Assembly: GCA_024275315.1 (NCBI GenBank)
Contig: JAJRZK010000049.1
Location: forward strand, 74,577 to 138,576
Direction: 5' to 3'
From: Nitrospirota bacterium
GTDB taxonomy: Bacteria > Nitrospinota_A > UBA7883
Length of the DNA: 64,000 nucleotides
A program made the position numbers and the translations under genes. Shown in pieces: positions 38,088 through 47,300 of this stretch. How positions within the stretch are numbered: position 1 is the stretch's first letter; the number at the start of each line of letters is the position of its first letter. Under the pieces are notes generated by a model, which was given only the letters and a program-made list of their open reading frames with translations, ran no database searches and was not told where the DNA came from.

Positions 38088-39083
38088 TCATCGTTTAACC
38101 AGCTCTGTCAATGAGAACCAGCGATCATCGTTCGTATACCACCTGTCCACCCTCAGCCCGGCGGATCTCACCATCCGTTCGAGGCTTACGCGGCTGAACT
38201 TGCGGCATATCTCGGTTCGGATGGTTTCACCAGACATGATCGCAACTTCGATCCCCGCGCCTGCGATCTCCACCTCCATATCCTCACAGGCTTCAAGGTG
38301 CATCTCCACTCTCTCCAGTCGCGGGTCGTAAAACGCCCTGTGGACGAAAAGCGAATGGTCGAAATCCGCGTCGAGCTCCCGGTTGATCACCGTCAGTATG
38401 TTTTTGTTGAACAGCCCGGTCACCCCGGCGGAGTCGTTGTACGCGGCCTCGAGAATCTTTGCGGGTTTGATCATATCGGCGCCCAGCAAAAACCTGTCAT
38501 CGTCCCTCATCGACCCGGCTACACATTCCAAAAACTCCTGCGCCTCGTTTTCGTCCAGGTTGCCGATGGTGCCCCCAAGGAACAGGATCAGCTTCGGTCG
38601 TTCTCTCTCCAGCCGGTCGAGGTTCCGGGTGAAATCGGTCACTATACCCATGATATTCATGTCGGGATACATTTCCAGCATATCCGAAGACGCCTCGATA
38701 AGGGCGGAATGGCTGATGTCCACCGGCACATAACGCAAACCCGCCCTGCGACGATGGTCTATGGAGGTAACCAGCTTCCTGATTTTCCAGTTCGCCCCGG
38801 AGCCGAGCTCCACGATGTCGCCATGAGAAAAGCCGTCCATGATTTCCGGCCCGTGTTCGTTTAGCAGTTCCATCTCCATCCGCGTCTGGTAATATTCCGG
38901 AAGATTGCAGATTCTCTCGAAAAGCTTGGAGCCGGCGGCGTCGTAAAAATATTTGCATGGCACACGTTTTTGCTCTTCGCAAAGCCCCTGCCGTATCTCC
39001 TCGGCCACGCTTTCCACGGCGCCGTTCCCGGGGTTTTCATACACCGTCAGCCTGTTGCAGTCACTCTGATATATAACAGTCAC
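38088..39083 (-). CDS. egtD: L-histidine N-alpha-methyltransferase EgtD (ergothioneine biosynthesis)
   Basis: 'KYFYDAAGSKLFERICNLPEYYQTRMEMELL', 'ELGSGA', 'YVPVDIS' match EgtD/DUF2260 hallmarks. Confidence 0.8.
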   Translation of the reverse strand: MTVIYQSDCNRLTVYENPGNGAVESVAEEIRQGLCEEQKRVPCKYFYDAAGSKLFERICNLPEYYQTRMEMELLNEHGPEIMDGFSHGDIVELGSGANWKIRKLVTSIDHRRRAGLRYVPVDISHSALIEASSDMLEMYPDMNIMGIVTDFTRNLDRLERERPKLILFLGGTIGNLDENEAQEFLECVAGSMRDDDRFLLGADMIKPAKILEAAYNDSAGVTGLFNKNILTVINRELDADFDHSLFVHRAFYDPRLERVEMHLEACEDMEVEIAGAGIEVAIMSGETIRTEICRKFSRVSLERMVRSAGLRVDRWYTNDDRWFSLTELVKR

Positions 39084-39105
39084 GAACCATCTCCTCGCTT
39101 AAGGA

Positions 39106-42100
39106 TTATCTGCACGGCGCGAACCGCACGACGCTCGAAGACTCCTCCACGACCTCGCGGAGGGATCTGGCTGCATGGTCTATATCATCATCGACACAGT
39201 CATGCCCCAGCGAAAAACGAACGGAGCAATGGGCCTCCTCCTCCGACAACCCCATGGCGAGCAACGCGTGGGAAGGGTCGGGCGACCCGGACCGGCACGC
39301 GGACCCTGATGACAGGTAAACACCCTTCCTGTCCATCGCCAGCACCACCGATTCGCCTCGATACCCGGGCAGTGTCATGTTCAGCGTGTTTGGAAGCGAC
39401 GGCCCATGTTCAGGTCCGTTAACAAAGGCTTCCGGCGTTATTTTCATTATCTCGCCTCGCAACCGGTCACGCATGGCGGCGAGTTTTCCCATCATGGACA
39501 GGCGAGACGGGATCAGTTCGGCCGCCTTGCCAAGGCCCGCTATCGAGGCGACGTTCTCTGTCCCCGCTCTTAATCCCCCCTCCTGCGACCCTCCGTGCAC
39601 CAGTGGTTCGACCCGGACCCCCTGGCGTATGTAAAGCGCCCCCACACCCTTGGGGCCGTTGAACTTGTGGCCGGAGAGGCTCAGCATATCCACGCCCAGT
39701 TCCTTTACATCCACATGGATTTTCCCCAGGCCCTGCACCGCGTCGGTATGAAATATCATACCTCTGGTCTTGGCTATTTTCGCCATCTCGGCTATCGGCT
39801 GGATCGCGCCGGTCTCATTATTCGCCATCATCACGCTTACCAGGATGGTGTCGGGGCGTATGTAGTCTTCAAGATCGCCAGGGTCGAGCAGGCCGCGGGT
39901 ATCCGGGGCGAGGCGCGTTATCTCGAACCCGAATTTTTCCAGCCACCGGCATGTCGACCCGACGGCCGGGTGCTCTATGGCGGATGTTATTATATGCCGG
40001 CCTTTGTTCCGGTGGGCGAACGCGGCGCCTTTTATGGCCAGGTTGTTCGCCTCGGACCCGCCGCCGGTGAATACGATCCTTCTTGCGGCGCAGTTGAGCG
40101 CCACGGCAAGCTTGCGGCGGGCGGCTCCGACGGAGAAGCGGATTTGCGCTCCCTTGGTGTGGACGCTGGAGGGGTTTGCGTAGTGTTCGGTCAGAAAAGG
40201 CTCCATTGCGGAGGCCACCTCCGGATCCATTCGGGTGGTGGCGTTGTTGTCCATGTAGACCTGTCTTTCTGCAGTCACACCCTCCTGGAAGGATCCGGAA
40301 CTTTCACACACCTCCGCAATTTCGCCAGAGCCGATGACAACGCACGATGTTTCGGACTCCACCGCGCTCACCTGGCAAAGCAGGGTCTTGTATATGGGAA
40401 ACCCCGATATGGGATCGTAACGGCTGATGTCGGTCAGTTCGTTCACGTTGCATCTGCGCCAGGCTTCCGGCCCGACCGGCCCGCCGCCGCCCATGTTCGC
40501 GTCGACGGAACCTTTGACAATATCATCTGTCACCATCGCCCGGAATTTTACTTTTCCCCGCGCGGTTGTCACATGCACCATGTCGCCGTTTTTTATTCCC
40601 CGGCTTTCGGCGTCTTGTGTATTGATTGTCACAGTCGGCTCCGGCCGTTCCTTCACCAGCGAAGGTATGGAGTGGAACTGCGACCGGAAATCCGTGGTTA
40701 CCCGCGATCCGGAATTGAACACCAGCGGGAACCTGTCCGCCAGGTCCGGCCTGCTCAAAGGGCCCTCTACAGGTTCCGTGTACACCGGCAGGGGGTCGTA
40801 GCCATGCTCTTCTAGTATGGTGGAGTGTATCTCGAATTTGCCGCTGGGTGTGTCGAACCCCGGGGCGCCGTCCGGCCTCAGCGTCCCTTTCTCCCATTTC
40901 TTGTATTGGCTCATCGCGGTTGGTTTGCGGATGATCCCGCCCGCTTCTTTCGCGTCCTCCAGGCTGTAGCCGGACCCTTCCAGAGCATGGCGCAACATCG
41001 CACGCTCGTCTTTCGGGTAGGCGCCGGCGTATCCCAGACATTCGGCGAGACCGGTTAATATGGTGTAGTCGTTACGCGCTTCGCCTATCGGTTCGATCAC
41101 CTTTTCCCGCAGCCGGAATATCGGCCCATATGTCATATATGAATCTATTTCGTAATAGGTGGTCGCAGGCAGGACGATGTCGGCGTAGGCGCTGTCGGCC
41201 GTCAACTGCCGATCGACACACACGAGAAAATCAAGAGCGTTTAACGTCTCTTTCCAAACGCCGCTCTCCGGCCAGGCGGTGATGATCGATCCGCCCAGTG
41301 TTATCAGCGCGCTTATTTTGTACGGTTTGCCGCGCAGCACCGAGTCCGGCAGGGATATCGCGTGCGACTCGCCCCTGTATTGGCTGTAGACAGGGAACCG
41401 GTCCCTGCCGAGGGCCTTTTTCATGTCCGGGTTGGGGATGTGGCCGGACCTGTTTATGGGAAAGTGGTTGTCCCTCATGGAGAAACACCTGCCGCCGGGG
41501 GTATCGAGCTGGCCGGCCAGCGCCCATAGAACCTGGGTGGCGCGGATCGCCTGCACTCCGCTGTCGCTGTACTCCAGCCCGCTGTACATGACAGGAGACG
41601 CTCCCCTGGCTTCGGCTATGCGGCGCGCCAGCGACCTCACCGTCTCCGACGGGACACCGGTCACGCTCTCCACGGTCTCCGGCCGGAAATGCTGCACATA
41701 CCGTTTCAGGTCGTCAAAGCCCAGTGTCCAGTTGTCGACGAATTTTTCATCGTACAACTCCTCCTCGATCAGGACGTTGATCATGCCAAGCGCCAGCGAC
41801 CCGTCGGTGCCTGACCTTATGGGTATCCATTGCGCCCCTGTGGCCTTCGCCGTGGAGGTTCTTCGAGGGTCTATCACCACAACCTCCGCCCCGCGTTCCC
41901 TCGCCTTTATTATCCTGTTGAAATCAAGAGGCGGGCAGTCGGTCGCCGGGTTGGCGCCCCATACGACCACAAGCTCCGCGTTCTCTATGTCCGAATACAT
42001 GTTGATCAGCATTCCGCCGCAGGTGACATGGGGGGCGATCATGGCGAAGGAGACATAGCACAGCGCTCCAACTCCCAGGGTGTTGGGCGAACCGAAAGGG

Positions 42101-42516
42101 AACAACACGCTCGACGCTGATGACACCGCCACCCCCTCCGGCTGGAAAATGTCGCACAGGGAAAGCTCGAAACTGCCGCGCCCGGTGTAAATCGCCGTCG
42201 CCTCAGGCCCCTGGTCGGCTTTGATCCTGTTGAATTTTTCGGCGATGGATTCGTACGCCTGGTCCCATGTGATTCGCTCGAATTCGAACGTCCCCTTGGG
42301 ACCCACCCGTTTCATGGGATATCTGATCCGGTCTTTCGAATAAACAATTTCCCTCGAGTGTTCGCCGAGTTTGCAGATCATGCCAAGATCGGAAGATTCG
42401 TCGGCGCGGACTTTGTCTATCTTCCCGTCGGAGTCAAAAGTGACGACAACCCAGCATCCGGCCGGGCATATGCCGCAGATACATTTACGTTCGGCAGTGT
42501 TGCTTTTACCTGGCAT
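39106..42516 (-). CDS. Fusion of molybdopterin/tungstopterin oxidoreductase (MopB) domain with C-terminal cysteine desulfurase (NifS-like); metallopterin-dependent ergothioneine synthase (MES)-like
   Basis: N-terminal 'CICGICPAGC' Fe-S motif and MopB-like body. C-terminal 'YMDNNATT...SAIEHPAV...SLSGHKFNGPKGVGALY...SSGSAC' class-V aminotransferase domain. Adjacent to egtD. Confidence 0.75.
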   Translation of the reverse strand: MPGKSNTAERKCICGICPAGCWVVVTFDSDGKIDKVRADESSDLGMICKLGEHSREIVYSKDRIRYPMKRVGPKGTFEFERITWDQAYESIAEKFNRIKADQGPEATAIYTGRGSFELSLCDIFQPEGVAVSSASSVLFPFGSPNTLGVGALCYVSFAMIAPHVTCGGMLINMYSDIENAELVVVWGANPATDCPPLDFNRIIKARERGAEVVVIDPRRTSTAKATGAQWIPIRSGTDGSLALGMINVLIEEELYDEKFVDNWTLGFDDLKRYVQHFRPETVESVTGVPSETVRSLARRIAEARGASPVMYSGLEYSDSGVQAIRATQVLWALAGQLDTPGGRCFSMRDNHFPINRSGHIPNPDMKKALGRDRFPVYSQYRGESHAISLPDSVLRGKPYKISALITLGGSIITAWPESGVWKETLNALDFLVCVDRQLTADSAYADIVLPATTYYEIDSYMTYGPIFRLREKVIEPIGEARNDYTILTGLAECLGYAGAYPKDERAMLRHALEGSGYSLEDAKEAGGIIRKPTAMSQYKKWEKGTLRPDGAPGFDTPSGKFEIHSTILEEHGYDPLPVYTEPVEGPLSRPDLADRFPLVFNSGSRVTTDFRSQFHSIPSLVKERPEPTVTINTQDAESRGIKNGDMVHVTTARGKVKFRAMVTDDIVKGSVDANMGGGGPVGPEAWRRCNVNELTDISRYDPISGFPIYKTLLCQVSAVESETSCVVIGSGEIAEVCESSGSFQEGVTAERQVYMDNNATTRMDPEVASAMEPFLTEHYANPSSVHTKGAQIRFSVGAARRKLAVALNCAARRIVFTGGGSEANNLAIKGAAFAHRNKGRHIITSAIEHPAVGSTCRWLEKFGFEITRLAPDTRGLLDPGDLEDYIRPDTILVSVMMANNETGAIQPIAEMAKIAKTRGMIFHTDAVQGLGKIHVDVKELGVDMLSLSGHKFNGPKGVGALYIRQGVRVEPLVHGGSQEGGLRAGTENVASIAGLGKAAELIPSRLSMMGKLAAMRDRLRGEIMKITPEAFVNGPEHGPSLPNTLNMTLPGYRGESVVLAMDRKGVYLSSGSACRSGSPDPSHALLAMGLSEEEAHCSVRFSLGHDCVDDDIDHAARSLREVVEESSSVVRFAPCR

Positions 42517-42616
42517 GCGGAACAGGTAAATCGGGAGTACTCATCGATCCGACGCCCTCCATCATTGTCGCGGATTGAAACCTAGTTTACTACGATCTCA
42601 TATTTTAGACTCGATA

Positions 42617-44200
42617 TCAAACCGGCCGTGGTTTGCCCACATGCGGTATCGGGGTATATAGGGATATCTCGTCGCAGGTGGTGGCGATATCGTCCAACGA
42701 CAGGTCGTGAATGTTCCCATGCCCGCATATGCGTGCAAAATCAGCCAGTTGACGTTTTGTGGTTTCAAAAAACGACGCCAGCTTGGCCGCGGACGTGTCC
42801 ACATCCAGCCTTTTGCGCAGGGTTTCGTCCTGGGTGGCTATTCCAACGGGGCACCTGCCGGTATGGCACGCCCGGTATTGCTGGCATCCTATGGCCATCA
42901 GGCTCGACGTGGCGCACGCCACAGCAGTGGCGCCCATGGCTATGGCTTTCGCGAAATCCGACGGAACACGAAGACCGCCTGTGACCAGGATGTCGGTCTT
43001 GACCCCATGTTTGACCATAAAGTCGATGACGCGGCTTAATGCGTAGAAAGTGGGGACGCAGATGTTTTCCTTCACATGTTTCGGTGCGGCCCCGGTGGCC
43101 CCTCCGCGTCCGTCGATTGTTATAAAATCAGGTTCGCATTCCAGCGCGGCGGCAAGATCCTCCTCCACCCTGCTTGCGGCGAATTTTATCCCGACCGGTT
43201 TTCCCGATATGTTCCGCCTTATCTCCATCACCCTGGTTTTCAGGTCGGCCGCCGATCGGATGTCCCTGAAATGCGAAGGTGAAATAGCGTCCTGGCCCGG
43301 TTTCAATCCCCGGACTTTCGCGATTTCCGGTGTCACCTTTTTCCCTGGCAACATCCCGCCCATGCCGGCCTTGGCCGCCTGGCCGATCTTGATTTCCACA
43401 CCGTCCGCTTTTGCCATCGCCTCGTCTGTCCAGCCGAAATATCCGCTGGCCATTTCCAGGATGTAAACCCCGGCGCCATCTCTCTCATCGTCGAGCATTC
43501 CACCCTCGCCGGAGCATATCATCGTTCCAGCGCTCGCCGATCCTTTAGCCAATGCGATTTTCGCTTCTCGCGAGAGAGCGCCGAAGCTCATATGCGAAAC
43601 GTAGACCGGCAGGCTGATCGTGACGGGGTTGGCGGCGGATTTGCCGATTATGGTGGAAAGCTTTACCGGTTCGTCGTCGTGCAGGGGGAACGCGGCCAAT
43701 TGGCGTGGCAGAAACACGACCTTCGACCAGAGGTTGTCCTTGCGCTCGGGTCCCATCGGGTCTGTGTATCCATGCTCTCCCACGTAGCCGTCGGCCATGT
43801 GGTGGATCATTTCCATATCCCGCTCGATATCGTCCTGCCGCCTGCGCCAGGGGTCGAGGTAATCGCCCAACGGGGGCTGGGTCTGTTCATCCGGAACGTC
43901 GACGTACAATCCGTCGCTCCGGATCTCCACCCTGTATGTCCGTATCCTGTCCTGCGGGTTATAGGACGACACCCCGGTGGCGAGGTCGAAATTCCATTTG
44001 TGCAAACCGCATACGATCTCGCCGGTCGCGGTGTTCAACGACCCGTCGCAAAGCTGTCCTCCACGGTGGGGGCACCTGTCGTCCACGGCGTAATAGTCGT
44101 CCCCGATCCTGGCGAGAAGCATCCTCCGGCCGCCGCCTTTTACGCACATTTTGTCGCCAGGGGCCAGCTCGTCTGTTTGCGCAACCTTGAAAAACACCAC
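42617..44200 (-). CDS. Rieske [2Fe-2S] domain fused to glutamate-synthase-type FMN-binding (GltS_FMN) domain protein
   Basis: 'CPHRGGQLCDG...CGLHKWNF' Rieske motif. 'ASGYFGWTDEAMAKADGVEIKIGQAAKAGMGGMLPGKKV' and 'ITIDGRGGATGAAP' are GltS FMN-domain motifs. Confidence 0.7.
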   Translation of the reverse strand: MVFFKVAQTDELAPGDKMCVKGGGRRMLLARIGDDYYAVDDRCPHRGGQLCDGSLNTATGEIVCGLHKWNFDLATGVSSYNPQDRIRTYRVEIRSDGLYVDVPDEQTQPPLGDYLDPWRRRQDDIERDMEMIHHMADGYVGEHGYTDPMGPERKDNLWSKVVFLPRQLAAFPLHDDEPVKLSTIIGKSAANPVTISLPVYVSHMSFGALSREAKIALAKGSASAGTMICSGEGGMLDDERDGAGVYILEMASGYFGWTDEAMAKADGVEIKIGQAAKAGMGGMLPGKKVTPEIAKVRGLKPGQDAISPSHFRDIRSAADLKTRVMEIRRNISGKPVGIKFAASRVEEDLAAALECEPDFITIDGRGGATGAAPKHVKENICVPTFYALSRVIDFMVKHGVKTDILVTGGLRVPSDFAKAIAMGATAVACATSSLMAIGCQQYRACHTGRCPVGIATQDETLRKRLDVDTSAAKLASFFETTKRQLADFARICGHGNIHDLSLDDIATTCDEISLYTPIPHVGKPRPV

Positions 44201-44221
44201 TTTAACACCTCGATTTACGTG

Positions 44222-44503
44222 TCATGGTGTAATTTCCACACCTTTCCAGAAAGCCAAACGGTTTTTAATCATTTCCGCTTTTTCTTTTGGCTCCGGATAA
44301 TACCATGCCGCGTCTTCATTGGTTTTTCCGCCCACATGGATGTGATAATAGCTGGCCCTGCCTTTCCATGGACACACAGAGGTTGACGAGCTTGGTTTGA
44401 AATATTCGCTGTGAACGGAATCGGACGGGAAATAGTGGTTCCCCTCGACTACGATCGTGTCGTCGCTCTGCGCGAGAATGGCGCCATTCCAGATAGCTTT
44501 CAT
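44222..44503 (-). CDS. DUF427-family protein
   Basis: 'AIWNGAILAQSDDTIVVEGNHYFP...VCPWKGRASYY...WYYPEP' is characteristic of DUF427. The ATG for 'MKAIWNG' is preferred over the longer track ORF. Confidence 0.5.
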   Translation of the reverse strand: MKAIWNGAILAQSDDTIVVEGNHYFPSDSVHSEYFKPSSSTSVCPWKGRASYYHIHVGGKTNEDAAWYYPEPKEKAEMIKNRLAFWKGVEITP

Positions 44504-44613
44504 AATATCGATCCCGGGTGTACTATTGTTATAAAGATGTTCGATCATTATAATCACGATGATGAAGCTTTGCGAAGTCGATTCTGCCTTGTTAGGAGAA
44601 TTATTATAACCGT

Positions 44614-46380
44614 ATGGCATCTTCCAACCCGGCAAATCCCCTGAGCGACATCGGCTATTTTCGTCGTTGCGTTCTTGCAGAGCTGAAAGAACCTTCGGTT
44701 TATTTCTTATCCATCATCATAGGATGCGGTATAAACCTGCTGTCCGGATCCCTGCACCTCGCTCCGTTTTATGTGCCCCTGTTTGTCCAGGTGCTTTCAA
44801 AAGCGTCGGTGCATTTCAACAGCAGGTTCGACAACCAGCTTCTCGAGCTTCCCTTGCAAAGAAAGGACCCGGCGTTTGTCATGGACTCCGGCGGAGATAT
44901 CATAATTTTGCCTGAAAAATTCAGGGATATTTTTGACAGCTCGTCCATCACGAGCATAAAAGACCTGGTGGACCCGCGCACCGCCGGGTTGATACTGGGA
45001 AAATTTCCTGCCGGATCCGATGAGCCTGCCGATATATCCATGGAGGCCTACTCCGAAACGCTGGGGAAATGGTACCTTGTCCACGCCAGACGCTCGCCGG
45101 GGGAAAACTCGATCAGGTCGGGGGCCATACTGGTCTGGTTGCAGGATGTGACACCCCTGAAACATTTCGACCAGAGCATGGCCAGCTTGCTGAATTTTAC
45201 CGGCGGGATCGTATCGGAGCTGGAGAGCATCGTCAAACGAAACGATATCTACGACAGGCTGGCCGACTTTGTTATCCACAGCGGGTGGGGCGGGGCGATG
45301 ATTACAAGGAAAGAAAAAGAAGGCGGCTTGAGCGGGAGGGTTTTCAAATTAAACGAGGACAACAAGATCAGCTCGAAGCGAATAACCTTCGACAAGAATT
45401 CGTCCGCGCCGGTGTTTCTGTCCCGAAAGACAGACAAGGTGGTGTCGGATGATGTGAGTAATTACGATTCCAGGGACACGTTTGAAAGCCGGTATCCCTT
45501 CGACCCCCGGGTCAAGAGTTTCATAGGCGAGGATATCGACAATTTTATCAACTACCACCAGGACGATATTTCCATAATCGTTTTCAACAAGGAGGGCGGG
45601 TCTTCCTTTTACGAACGCAGGTTCATGGAAACCCTTGTGGACATGTCCAGGACAATCGTATACCTGGTTGACCTTGCCATAGAGAACGACGAGCAGTTTC
45701 TGCAAAAGGTCATGGGGCTTTGCGCGGCGGCGGAATACAGCGACGAGATCACGGGGAAGCACATCGTGCGGGTGAACGAGTATAGCCGGTTTGTCGCGGA
45801 ACAAATGGGGATGGATGACAAGTTCACCGATTCTATCGGCAAAGTGGCCGCCCTGCACGACATCGGGAAGGTGGCCATATCCGAGCTTATCAAGCTTGCG
45901 AGAAAATATACAGACGAGGAGAGGGCGCGAATGCAGATGCACACGGTGTATGGAGCCCATATCATCGGAGAGATGATCAAGTTCGCTTCCAAAGAGGATT
46001 ATCGCCTCACCATGGCCAGGAACATAGCTTTGCACCATCACCAGACATACAACGGGAAGGGGTATCCGGGATTGAAGAAAAACGGGAACCAGGTTTCGCC
46101 TACTAGTAAGAACATGGAATTTTACGTCGACCTGGAGCCTCTTAGCGGTGATGAGATTCCCGTTGAAGGGCTGATGGTTGGTTTGGCGGACAGGTATGAC
46201 GCGCTTCGAAGCGCCAGGCAGTACAAACCGGAGTTTTCCCACGAAAAAACGATGGATATAATGCTTAAAGACGACAGGACAAGCGTTACCGGCGAACAAT
46301 GGTACGGTCCCGCGCTGTGGAGAAATTTTATGGAGAACCACGAAACTTTCGACCGGATTTTCGAGAAACTGAAAGATTGA
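44614..46380 (+). CDS. HD-GYP domain protein (putative c-di-GMP phosphodiesterase) with N-terminal sensory region
   Basis: 'ALHDIGK', 'ALHHHQTYNGKGYPG' HD-GYP signatures in the C-terminal third. Confidence 0.8.
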   Translation: MASSNPANPLSDIGYFRRCVLAELKEPSVYFLSIIIGCGINLLSGSLHLAPFYVPLFVQVLSKASVHFNSRFDNQLLELPLQRKDPAFVMDSGGDIIILPEKFRDIFDSSSITSIKDLVDPRTAGLILGKFPAGSDEPADISMEAYSETLGKWYLVHARRSPGENSIRSGAILVWLQDVTPLKHFDQSMASLLNFTGGIVSELESIVKRNDIYDRLADFVIHSGWGGAMITRKEKEGGLSGRVFKLNEDNKISSKRITFDKNSSAPVFLSRKTDKVVSDDVSNYDSRDTFESRYPFDPRVKSFIGEDIDNFINYHQDDISIIVFNKEGGSSFYERRFMETLVDMSRTIVYLVDLAIENDEQFLQKVMGLCAAAEYSDEITGKHIVRVNEYSRFVAEQMGMDDKFTDSIGKVAALHDIGKVAISELIKLARKYTDEERARMQMHTVYGAHIIGEMIKFASKEDYRLTMARNIALHHHQTYNGKGYPGLKKNGNQVSPTSKNMEFYVDLEPLSGDEIPVEGLMVGLADRYDALRSARQYKPEFSHEKTMDIMLKDDRTSVTGEQWYGPALWRNFMENHETFDRIFEKLKD

Positions 46381-46393
46381 AGGTTATAGCCGG

Positions 46394-46654
46394 ATGAACA
46401 GCGGGAAAATTCGGGAAGCTCTCGCCAGGGCCGCTTTCAACAGGGGCAAGGCGCATATTTCGTCCGACATCGGCCGCGGCGGAAAACCTGATTTCTGGGG
46501 AGGTTGCTCCAATCCGGCCGATGGGGAATTTTTCGCCGTGGTAGACAAAATACTGGCGCAAGACAGCGACCCCCTGCAGGCCATCGGCGATATGAAGCTG
46601 AACCTGGAGGAGATAGAAAAACAACTGAAACGAACAGTGACCAGATCAGGATAA
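46394..46654 (+). CDS. Hypothetical small protein
   Basis: 86-aa ORF between the HD-GYP gene and pncA. Weak evidence. Confidence 0.3.
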   Translation: MNSGKIREALARAAFNRGKAHISSDIGRGGKPDFWGGCSNPADGEFFAVVDKILAQDSDPLQAIGDMKLNLEEIEKQLKRTVTRSG

Positions 46655-46658
46655 CGAC

Positions 46659-47300
46659 ATGTCCCGCACAACAGCTCTAACAAAAGACGACCTTCTGCTG
46701 GTGGTGGATGTTCAGAACGATTTTTGTCCCGGCGGGGCGCTGGCTGTTCCCGATGGCGATCAGGTTGTTCCGGTGATAAACCGGCTGATGGGCCGTTTTG
46801 AGCATGTCGTCATGACCCAGGACTGGCATCCGCCGGATCATCTTTCCTTCGCCTCGGCGCACCGGGGCAAAACCCCGTACGAGACTGTGGAGCTTTCCTA
46901 TGGCGCACAGATCCTATGGCCGGACCATTGCCGGCAGGGGACTGATGGCGCCCGGTTTCATCCTGGTCTGGACGATTCGCGCGCGGAATTGATCGTCCGC
47001 AAGGGGTTTTGCCGGGAGATAGATTCGTATTCCGCGTTCACCGAAAACGACAGGAGCACCCCCACAGGTCTTACCGGTTATCTGCGGGAACGCGGGTTGA
47101 CCCGTTTATTCATCGTCGGGCTTGCAACGGATTTTTGTGTGCTGTACACCGCTCTCGACGCTGTCGAGCTGGGGTTTAAAGCTGTCGTGATCATGGAAGG
47201 ATGCAGGGGAATGGATGTCGAGGGGTCGATGGAGAAGGCCTGGGAGCGGATGCTGGAAGCCGGCGTGGGAAAAATCGGCGAAGCGGACATCGCGCGATGA
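46659..47300 (+). CDS. pncA: Nicotinamidase/pyrazinamidase PncA
   Basis: 'LLLVVDVQNDFCPGG', a catalytic Cys in 'ATDFCV', isochorismatase fold. Confidence 0.85.
   Translation: MSRTTALTKDDLLLVVDVQNDFCPGGALAVPDGDQVVPVINRLMGRFEHVVMTQDWHPPDHLSFASAHRGKTPYETVELSYGAQILWPDHCRQGTDGARFHPGLDDSRAELIVRKGFCREIDSYSAFTENDRSTPTGLTGYLRERGLTRLFIVGLATDFCVLYTALDAVELGFKAVVIMEGCRGMDVEGSMEKAWERMLEAGVGKIGEADIAR

Noticed and set aside
39106-42516. Possible selenocysteine (in-frame UGA) in the FDH-like MopB fusion, given selB 12 kb away
   Set aside because: The 1136-aa ORF is uninterrupted and the active-site-region residue is encoded by a normal codon. There is no TGA/SECIS signature.
39595-44386. Plus-strand ORFs (39595-40815, 41423-42058, 43592-44386 and others) opposite the MES-like and Rieske/GltS genes
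   Set aside because: They are antisense to well-supported minus-strand genes and have no recognisable domains.
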